Below, in pieces: positions 55,187 through 64,000 of a stretch of 64,000 bases of DNA. This DNA is from an uncultured delta proteobacterium (GTDB lineage: Bacteria; Myxococcota_A; Polyangia; Haliangiales; Haliangiaceae), in the NCBI GenBank assembly GCA_963743525.1, contig CAVUQH010000003.1, positions 160,001 to 224,000 on the forward strand. The letters run 5' to 3'. Below the pieces are notes generated by a model. That model saw nothing but the letters and a program-made list of their open reading frames with translations, did not search any database and was not told where the DNA came from. Within the stretch, counting starts at the first letter, position 1. Each line of letters begins with the position of its first letter. The position numbers and the translations under genes were made by a program.

Positions 55187-58100
55187 ATGAAGAAGGCAGC
55201 GCCCCTCGCGGCGCTGGTTGTGGCGCTGGTGGTCGAGGCGGGATCGGCGCGTGCCGGCGGCACGTCGCTCGCCGACCTGCCCGCGTTCACCGCCGACGCG
55301 GCGACCCTGCGAGCGGCGGCGGGCGCCGCGAACGGCCGCGGTGCCGACGTGGTGATGTTGCTCGAGGACGTCACCTATCGCATCGACGCCGACGACACCA
55401 TCGAAGTCATTTACCGCCGCATTCTGTCCATCGTTACCCCCGCTGGCGCCAAAGACTGGCAAGCAGTGTCGGTGTCCTGGTCGCCGTGGCGCGAAAGTCA
55501 GCCGACCATTCGCGGGCGTGTGCTCACGACACAGGGTCAGTTCGTAGACACTGACGCGACCTCGTTCACGGTCCAGCCCGCGGGCAGCCCACACGACGAC
55601 AGCGGCAAGCGGATCGTCGACGCGACGATGCCGCCGCTGGCACCCGGCTGTGTGGTCGAGCAGGAGACGCGCTGGACCACGAGGGCGCTGTTCGGCCCGC
55701 GAACGGGCGCTGTCAACAGCTATCTCTTCGGCAACGACGTGCCGGTCGAGATGGAGCGGGTCACCATCGACGCGCCGCGCGCGGCGCGGTTGCGCGTGGT
55801 CGAGCATGCCACCGCGGGGCTGACTCACCGCGTGACGCGCGCCCACGGTCGCGTCGTACACGTCTACACCCGCGGTCCTTCCGGCCCCGAGCCGAAGACC
55901 GAGCCGTCGGCGCCGGTGGACGCCAGCACGCGCCCGTACCTCGCGTTCACCACGGTCCGCTCATGGGCGGCGCTGGCGGCAGCCCGGGCTCGCGCGATCG
56001 ATCAGCAGATCGCCGCCGGAGACGTCGCCACCGCCGGGATCCCGCTGCCCCACGGCACCACTCGCCACGAGACCATCGCCAACGTGCTGGCCGCCGTGCG
56101 CGCCCGCGTCGCGGTGTCGGCCCTGTCCGTCAACGAGAGCGAGCCTGCGCCGTGGACACCGGCACAGACGTGGAAGAACCGCCGCGGGACCGGCTTCGAC
56201 CGCGCGACCCTGGTCGTCGCCATGTTGCGCGCGTCGAAGATTCCCGCGCGCGTCGCGCTCACCACCGAAGATCCCGCGCGTGAAACGCCGCTGCGCACGC
56301 CACTGCCGTTCTTCTCTCACGCCCTGGTGGTCGTGCCCGGTGCCCGCCCGGTATGGATCGATCCCGAGAGCGACGTCGCTCGCGCCGGCGAGCTGCCGAC
56401 GTATGTGCAGGGCCGCCGCGCGCTGATCGTCGACCGCAAGACCCGCAAGCTCACGACCACGCCGGTGACGACGTCCGCCGACAACCGGGTGTCCGAGCGC
56501 TGCGAGGTCTTCCTTCCCGACTTCGGTCGGGCCCGCGTGGTCGAGACCACCGTGCTCACCGGTCGCGACGAGCGCAGCTTTCGCAACTACTACCGGGGCA
56601 TCGCCGCCGCCGATCTGAACAAGCAGCTGGCCGACTACGCCAAGTCTCGCTACGAGGCCCATCTCGACCAGTACAGCTTCACGCCGCCGACCGACCTGTC
56701 AACGCCGTTTACCTTGAAGCTCGAGCTGTCGGCGGCAGACGAGTTCGCGGTCAACGACGACACGAGCACGATGGCCGCCCGCGCCGGCGCGGCGTTCAAT
56801 GAGCTGCCCGCCGCGATCACCGAGGACGAGCAGGAAAAGGCGGTGGCCGCGCGCAAGAACGACTTCGAGCTCGGGATCCCGTTGTCGCACGAGCTCACCT
56901 ACGAGTTCCACGTGCCACCCGGTCATCTCATCGGTGATCTTCCGGAGAGCGATGTCGTCCAGCTGGGAGTGCTCACGCTCACCCGAGAGGTCAGTCGCAC
57001 CGCCACCAGCGTAACCGTGCGCTTCCTCTTGCAGCGCAGCAAGGCGCGCATCACCGCCGACGAGCTGCGCGCGACCCGCACCGCCGTCCGCGGGTTCCTC
57101 GACAGCGACGCGTGGTCGTTCGACGTCCGCCTCCTGGTGTCGAGGGACCTGGACAGCGACCACGCGGGGCGGGCCGTTCGCGAGCTGCGCGCGTTGATCC
57201 GCAGCCTATCCCGATCGCGCGGGCCTCCACCGCCAGCTGGCCCAGGCGCTGATCGCCGTCGGGCTGCGCGAACCGGCCGAAAAGGAGGCGCGCACCGCCG
57301 TCGCCCTGCGCCGCGATCCCAGCACCCTGCAGGCGCTTGGCTGGGTGCTCAGCTACGGTCGCTTCGGGCGCTCGCACGGGCCTGGTTCCGATCTCCAGGG
57401 ATCGATCGACGCCTACCGCGCGGCGCTGCGCATCGACCCGAAGTACTCACCGGCCCTCGCCAACCTCGCCGTCGCCCTCGAATACGACTGTCACGGCTTG
57501 CGCCGCCAGGGCGATCTGTCCAGGTCGATCGATCTGTACCGGCGCTACTTCGCCAATGGCGGGGTCAACGCGGATTACGGCAACAACCTGCTCCTCGATC
57601 TCGCTGCTTCTCGGCGCTGGCACGAAGCTCGCGTACTGGCGGAGAAGCGCCCTGCAGCGCCTATTCGCAACAGCTCCCTGGTCGCGGCGATCGCCCACGA
57701 GGAGAGCGTCAACGCGGCCGTGGCCGAGGCCAAGAAGCTGGGTGGTGACCTGTACGAGACGGTCGCCGGCGCCTACCGCCAGATGATCCTGGCGCGCGAC
57801 TACCCGACCGCTCGGGCACTGATGCAGCGCGCGTCCGCGGATGCTCCGGCGAAGAAATCGCTGATGCTGGTGACCGCGGCGATGTTGGTGCGCGTGCAGA
57901 AAGACCGCCCGCCCGCGCCGTGGACGGAGCCCCAGCGCCTGGTGCAGGAGGCGCTGCGCCGGCTGATCGTCGAGCCCGGCGCCGAGTCGCGAATCAAACC
58001 GCTCTACGCTCCGATCGCGCGGGCCGTTCATCGGCGTCCGCCGCACCGGGAGATGGCGCTGCAGTTGCGCAAGGTCCTCGACAAGGCTGGCTTCCGCGGC

Positions 58101-59219
58101 GCAGCCGGGGTCGATCTGTTGCGCGGGTTTTCCACGAGCACGGTCAACAAGACGAAGTGGGGCGCGCGCGTCACGGTCGCCAGTGCGTTCTTGCCCCCGG
58201 GATGGCGCCCGCTGCGCGCCTTCGTCGCCCGCCGCGGCAAGGGCTGGCGCCTGCTCGAGCTGGCCGGCCGTAGCGAAACCCTGGCCGCCGAGGCGTTGCG
58301 CCTCCTGGCGGCAGGCGACGTCGACGGCGCCCGCCAGTGGATGACCTGGGCGGCCGACCTGACCGGCGGCACAGGCAACTTCATGAGCCAGGCGGTGGCC
58401 GCGGTGTGGGACAAGCATCCGCATGACCGCGCGCACATCGAGTGGCTGGCGGCCGCACTCATCGCCAACAGCGAAATGGCCGGTGATGCGGTCGGCCCGC
58501 TGCAGGCGTGTCTCGACGCCGAGCCGGACAACGTCGGCTGCGGCCGGGCGCTGGAGGTCGCCGGGGTGAAGCTGAAGAACGCCGACCTGATCCGTCGCGG
58601 GGCGCCAGCGGTGCTGGGCAAGCAGCCACAGCCGTGGCAGCTGGCCGCCTCGGCGCAGGCCGTCGCGATCGTCAACGGGCAATGGACCGATCTCGAACGG
58701 CTCGCCCGCGCGGAGCTGGCAAAGAACCCCGGCGACATCTCGATGACCTACAACCTGGCTCGCGCCCTGTGCGGGCAAGGCAACGGCGTCAACTGCAACA
58801 AGGCCCTCCACGACCTCACGCAGATGACGGCGGCGAGTCCGATGTTCCTCAACGAGTGGGCATGGCAGTCGCTGGTCATCGGCGAGCACGGCGACGAGGT
58901 CCTGACCGCCGCGCAGACCATCGCCAGGCGCGACGGCAGCGCCGGCGTGCTCAACACCCTGGCCGCCGTGCAGGCCGCACGCGGCGAGGTCGAAGACGCC
59001 CGCTCGACCCTGCTCCGCGGGATCGAGGCAGGCAACGGGCAGCCGGACGAAGCGGACTGGCTGGTTCAGGGACGGATCGCCCAGGACCTCGGCTACGACG
59101 ACACCGCCCGCACGATGTACGGCCGGGTTGCCCACGACTGGGACGACGGGATCAACAGCTACGCCCTGGCGCAGCGCTGGCTGTCGGAGATGGCGGCGGC
59201 TCCGGCCGCGGCGCCGTAG
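55187..59219 (+). CDS. Exported DUF3857/transglutaminase-like + TPR protein (+1 frameshift near 57203, probable error)
   Basis: Signal peptide; GTGFDRATLVVAMLR..FSHALV..WIDP transglutaminase-like fold without the catalytic Cys; frames join at IR/AYPDRAGLHRQLA. Confidence 0.75.
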
Positions 59220-59232
59220 TAGGCTCGGCCGC

Positions 59233-60021
59233 ATGGCCATGACGTTCGAAGGACAGGTCGCCTGGGTCACGGGCGCGAGCTCGGGAATCGGTCGCGCGGT
59301 GGCGCTGGAGCTGGCGCGACAGGGCGCCGACGTCGCGGTGTCTGCACGGCGAGCGGACAAGCTCGAGGAAGTGGCGGCCGAGATCGAGGCGCTGGGCCGG
59401 CGAGCGCTGGTGGTGCCGTGCGACGTCACCGAGGAAGAGACGCTGGTTGCGGCGGTCAACCGGGTGGTCGCGGAGCTGGGGCGCGTGGACGTCTGCGTGG
59501 CCAACGCCGGCTACGGCGTCGGCGGCAAGATCGCCGAGCTGACCGCGGCCGAGTGGCGGCGGCAGCTGGACGTCAACGTGGTCGGCGTGGCGATGACGGC
59601 CAAGCACGCGCTGCCCCACCTGATCGACAACGGCGGCCGGTTGGCGCTGGTCGGCAGCGTGATGGCGATGATGTCGATGCCGCGCAACGGTGCCTACTCG
59701 GCGTCGAAATACGCGGTGCGGGCGATCGGCCAGACGCTGGCGATGGAGCTGCACGGCAGCGGGGTCAGCTGCACCACCGTGCACCCGGGCTTCGTCGACA
59801 CCGACATCGCGCGGGTCGACAACTCCGGCGTCCTGCACCCGGATCGCGACGACAAGCGGCCGCAGAAGCTGATGTGGCCGGCCGACAAGGCCGCGCGGGT
59901 GATCGTGCGCGCCATCGCCCGGCGCAAGCGCGAGGTGGTGTTCACCGGCCACGGCAAGGTCGGCGCCTTCGTCGGCCGGCACTGGCCCGGCCTGATCCAG
60001 TTCGCGGTGACGCGCCGCTAG
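59233..60021 (+). CDS. Classical short-chain dehydrogenase/reductase
   Basis: TGASSGIG, ANAG, YSASK, HPGFVDT. Confidence 0.92.
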   Translation: MAMTFEGQVAWVTGASSGIGRAVALELARQGADVAVSARRADKLEEVAAEIEALGRRALVVPCDVTEEETLVAAVNRVVAELGRVDVCVANAGYGVGGKIAELTAAEWRRQLDVNVVGVAMTAKHALPHLIDNGGRLALVGSVMAMMSMPRNGAYSASKYAVRAIGQTLAMELHGSGVSCTTVHPGFVDTDIARVDNSGVLHPDRDDKRPQKLMWPADKAARVIVRAIARRKREVVFTGHGKVGAFVGRHWPGLIQFAVTRR

Positions 60022-60845
60022 GCGCGGGCCAGGGCGACGCGGACGATCGGGCGGCGGCCGTCGGCGGCGCGGCCGTCGGCGTCGACGGCGGGCAGCAGGT
60101 CGACGTCGGCGAAGCCGGCCTCGCCGGCGGTGCTGCGGACGTCGGCACCGTCGCGGAAGTGGAGGGTGACGTTGCTGCCGACCAGCACGCGGAGGAAGCT
60201 GTGCAGCAGGCGGGCACCGCGGGCGCTGCCGACGTCGGCGCGCGGGTTGACGTCGGTGAGGTAGATGCCGTGGCGGAAGCGGCGCAGGGTCGTCGCCAGG
60301 CGGCGCCACAGGTCGCGCAGGTCGGCGTCCGACAGGTACGGCAGCAGGCCCTCGGTGATCACGGCGACGCCGGCGTCGGCGGGCAGGTTGGACAGCGCGG
60401 CTTCGATCGACTGCGGGCCGCGCTCGGCGAGGGCGTCGACCTCGATGACCTGGTGATTGGCCGCGGGCACGACGGCGGTCTTCAACATGGCGCGCTTGCG
60501 CCTGGCCATGGCCGGCAGGTCGCTCTCGAGGTAGCGCACGGCGGGATAGGCGGTGGTGGTGCGGGTACCGCGCGCCGACAGACCGGCGGCCAGCTCGAGC
60601 ACGCAGGTCACGCGGCCGGCTTCGATCTCACCGCGCAGGGCGCTGTCGATCAGCCGGTGGCGCGCCAGCAGCATCTCGTCGAGGCCGCGGTGGCCGCGCA
60701 GGCGATACAGGGCATTGACCGGTGCCAGTGCGCGGATGGCGACGCGGCCGGGGGCGGTGGTCAGGCCGCGCGGCGACAGGCCGTTGGCGTGCCAGACGGC
60801 CGACGTCAGGTGTGCGGTAGGCGAGACGCGATCGTTGCCGCTCAT
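60018..60845 (-). CDS. Class I SAM-dependent methyltransferase (leucine carboxyl methyltransferase-like)
   Basis: SPTAH, RH.LID, LELAAGLS.R, ESDLP, EGLLPYL. Confidence 0.85.
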   Translation of the reverse strand: MSGNDRVSPTAHLTSAVWHANGLSPRGLTTAPGRVAIRALAPVNALYRLRGHRGLDEMLLARHRLIDSALRGEIEAGRVTCVLELAAGLSARGTRTTTAYPAVRYLESDLPAMARRKRAMLKTAVVPAANHQVIEVDALAERGPQSIEAALSNLPADAGVAVITEGLLPYLSDADLRDLWRRLATTLRRFRHGIYLTDVNPRADVGSARGARLLHSFLRVLVGSNVTLHFRDGADVRSTAGEAGFADVDLLPAVDADGRAADGRRPIVRVALARA

Positions 60846-63209
60846 TTCCTGGCTGATGGTGCCAGAGTCAGGAGCAGCGCGGGAGTAATCAGCAGGTCGG
60901 CGATCAGCGCCGACAGGATCGTTGCCCCGGACAAGAGGCCGAACAGGCTGACCGACTTGACCTCGGCGAACAGCAGCACGCTGAAGCCGGCGATCAGCAG
61001 CACCGACGAGGCGACCACGGCGCGGCCGGTGTGCAGCATCATGCGGCGGACGGCGCCGACGGGGTCGTCGGGGGTCTGGCCGACTTCGTGGCGGTAGCGG
61101 AACATGATGTGGGTGGTGTCGTTGACCGAGATGCCGATGGCGATGGCGGCGATCAGCACGGTGGCGACGTCGAGGCGGATGCCGGTGAGGCCCATGAAGC
61201 CGAGCGTGGCCGCGGCGGGCACCAGGTTGGGGATCATGGCCACCAACCCCAGCTTCACCGAGCGGAGGAGGATGATCATCACCAGCGTCACCAGCAGGAA
61301 GGCGAGGCCGAACGAGCGCACCTGGGTGTCGGTGATGTGCTGGATGATGCGCACGTACAGCGGCAGGTAGCCGGCCGGCTTCACGGTGCCGGCGTCGCCG
61401 ACGACCTGCTGTCCGACGCGCTGCAAGTCGCGCACGGTGGCGGCGATGCCGCGGGCCGTCGGCAGGCCGGTGCGGGTGCTGACGTGGGTGACGCGCCAGT
61501 CGGGTGTGGCCAGGTCTTCCAGGTGGTCGCGGCCGTCGGCCTCGAAGCCGTAGTTGAGCAGCTCTTCGGCGATGACCCCTTCCTTGTCGGGCACGGCGTA
61601 CGACTCGGGGCTCTCTTCGTTCCAGATCTGGTTGATCCGCTTGACCACCTCGGGCAGGCCGGTGGCGCGGGCGATCTCGGGCAGCTGTTCGAAGCGGCGC
61701 TCCATGGCGTCGATGCGGCCGAGCAGCACCGGGTCCTTGACGCCGGCGTAGTGCGGGTCGTCGGCGACCTTGGGCGGCGGCGCGGTGACGGTCACCTCGA
61801 GCGGGATGTACGGGCCGAACGCCTCTTCGATGGCGTGGTGGTCGCGGCGGACCGGGTTGTCCTTGGGCAGGAAGCCGATGGTGTAGGTGTCAACGTCGAG
61901 GCGGGTCATGCCCCAGACGCTGACCGCCATCAGCGCGGCGGTGACGCCGTAGACCAGCGGGCGCCGGTCGCGGGCGACGCGAAACAGGCTCATCACCACG
62001 TGGCGCATCCACCCGGTGGCCTCGTCGCTGGTGTGCTTGGCCGGGCGGCCGAAGCGGGCCAGCGCCGGAATGGCGAAGATCAGCACGCAGCAGAGCAGGA
62101 AGCCGAGGCCGGCGGCGGCCAGCCAGCCCAGGTCGCGCACCGCCGACATCTTGGCGCTGGTCAGCGACACGAAGCCGAAGATGTCGGTGATGCTGTTGAA
62201 GATGCACGGCACCACCACCACCGACAGGCTGGTGATCAGCAGTCGGCGCTTGGGCGCGCCCGGATCGCGGGCGGCCCCGTCCTCGTAGGCGTCGATGATG
62301 TGGATCAGGTCGAGAATGCCGATGGTCATGATCAGCGTCGGCAGCACCGCGGTGACCATGTTCATGTCGCGTCCGGCCAGCCCGGCCAGGCCCAGCGTCG
62401 CCGCGTTGGCCAGGGTGACGACGCCGGCGCCGAGCAGCACCCAGGTCCAGCGGCGGAACAGCAGCCAGATGCCGGCGAAGATGACCAGGTACGACAGGGT
62501 CATGAAGATCGACGTGTCGCGCAGCGTCGCCTCGTTGAGCCCTTCGTAGACCACGCCGATGCCGCCGAAGTGCACGCCCAGGTCCGAGCCCGGGCCCTGC
62601 AGCTCTTGCCGGGCGATCTTCTCGACGTCCTTGATGATGCCGGCGCGCTCGCGCTCGAAGGCGGGCGACGCCTTGGGATCGACCAGGATCAGCGTGACCT
62701 TGTCGTTGTCGGCGGCGATGGTGCCCTTGAAGGTCGGGTTGGCGGCGACCCGCTCGGCGACCTTCTTGGCCTCTTCTGGCGTGACCTTGCCGTCACCGAG
62801 CAGCTTCTCCACCTGGACGAAGCCGTCCTCGCCCGAGACGTGAAGACCCAGGGCGATGCTGGTCACTCGGCGAATCTTGTCGTGATCCTCGAGCCGCTTG
62901 GACGCGGCGCGGATCCGTTCCAGTGTCGCCGGCCGGTAGACGCCCTGGGGATCGGTGACGGCGACGATGATCGTCTCGTCGCTGCCGAACGAATCCTTGT
63001 AGTGGTCGTAGGCGGTCAGCGCCGGGTCACCCTCGACGAACCAGACGCGCAGCGAGTTGTTGAACGTGCAGGTTGCGCGCGCCCAGGCCGACGCCGACGG
63101 CGATGACCACCGCCAGGGCCATGAACAGCAGCGCCCGGCGGTGAAGGGTTGCCACCAGGCGGGCGCCGAAGCCGCGCTCGGCGCCGGCTGCCGGCTCGAG
63201 ATCGCTCAT
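60842..63209 (-). CDS. MMPL/RND-family transporter (+1 frameshift near 63062, probable error)
   Basis: Two TM bundles; NSLRVWF..FGSDE; IAIGISVNDTTH; TGRAV. Confidence 0.88.
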
Positions 63210-64000
63210 GCCTCACCTCCGCGCACCGACTCGACGTGGAAGCTGCCGTAGACGAACGCCAGGTCGCGGCCGTGGAGCTCGCGCGAGCGCTCGGGGTGGA
63301 CCTCGATCAGCTCGGCCAGAGAATCGGGCCGGCTGCGCGGCACCAGAAGGTTCCAGTAGACGAAGCGCCCGCCGGGGCGAGTGACCGCGGCGATGGCTCG
63401 CAGCATCTCTTCGTGGTGCTCGGCGCTGACCCACTCGAACAGGTCCGACAGGTACAGCTTGGACAGCGCGCCCGGCTCGAGGGTGTGCAGGAAGCCCTCG
63501 AGATCGCCCTGGGCGATGCGGATCCGCTCGGTGCTGGCGCGCAGCGCCTGGAAGCTCGACTCGCGCAGGTAGATCGGCCCGCGCTCGAGGTCGGGGTAGC
63601 GACCGAGCATGGCGTACTGCAGGAAATGGTTGTCGCGCGGGTCGGTCTCGAGCAGCGCCCAGCGCGCCCGGCCGAGGAACTCGGCGCCGATGTTCTTCTT
63701 GTCAACGTACTGGAAGAAGGCCGGGTCGCGGCCCAGCCGCGCCATCACCGCGCGGCCGAAGAAGACAGTGAACAGCGATCGCCAGCGGCGGTTCTCCCAG
63801 TTCTCCTGGTAGTAGCGGGCGCGCTCGTCCGGATCCTCGATCGACATCATCTCCTCGATCGTGGCGCGGCCGTGGATCAACGGCAGGATGGCGGTGCGGA
63901 AGGTGCGCAGGTAGCGCTGGAAGCGGCCGGCGTGGATCACGCCGCGGGCGAGCATGCGCGGATGGGCGTCGAAGTAGTCGCGGATCTCGTCGCGCAGCTC
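63206..64000 (-). CDS. DUF3419 / BtaA-like SAM-dependent transferase (5' end outside the window)
   Basis: GRFQRYLRTFR, LGRDPAFFQYV, LSDLFEW, GGRFVYWNLL, DLAFVYGSF. Confidence 0.8.
   Translation of the reverse strand, partial: ELRDEIRDYFDAHPRMLARGVIHAGRFQRYLRTFRTAILPLIHGRATIEEMMSIEDPDERARYYQENWENRRWRSLFTVFFGRAVMARLGRDPAFFQYVDKKNIGAEFLGRARWALLETDPRDNHFLQYAMLGRYPDLERGPIYLRESSFQALRASTERIRIAQGDLEGFLHTLEPGALSKLYLSDLFEWVSAEHHEEMLRAIAAVTRPGGRFVYWNLLVPRSRPDSLAELIEVHPERSRELHGRDLAFVYGSFHVESVRGGEA

Overview
High-GC window that looks myxobacterial (Polyangia/Haliangium-like, inferred from the Ser/Thr kinase, PEGA, TPR and DUF4157 content). Housekeeping genes are hisC (partial), hisD, metK, frmA, ahcY, lysA and argH. 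There is an atypical dcw cluster: rsmH-ftsL-ftsI, a murE::murF fusion, mraY, then an inserted CBS gene and an antisense kinase, then murD-ftsW-murG-murC-murB-ddl, with no mraZ and no ftsQAZ. After metK lies a ~6 kb island (~4350-10410). It carries an orphan 3' half of tRNA-Ala(CGC), an intact tyrosine integrase, a DUF4157 (eCIS-core) effector-like gene and a complete IS110/IS1111-type element whose ~250-nt 3' non-coding end probably encodes a bridge/seek RNA. The right end has two convergent halves of a possible lipid synthesis/trans-envelope transport system (reductase, LolA-like, DUF1302-like | methyltransferase, MMPL, BtaA-like). Two window-wide patterns stand out. About ten operon-leading genes have a TANNNT box 6-8 nt before the start codon and no Shine-Dalgarno (leaderless mRNAs). 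GTCGAC sites are repeatedly altered to GTCAAC/GTTGAC or carry indels, a probable DNA-methylation footprint and most likely a long-read consensus error. Six apparent +1 frameshifts are probably sequencing errors. All family assignments come from motif recognition, not database searches.
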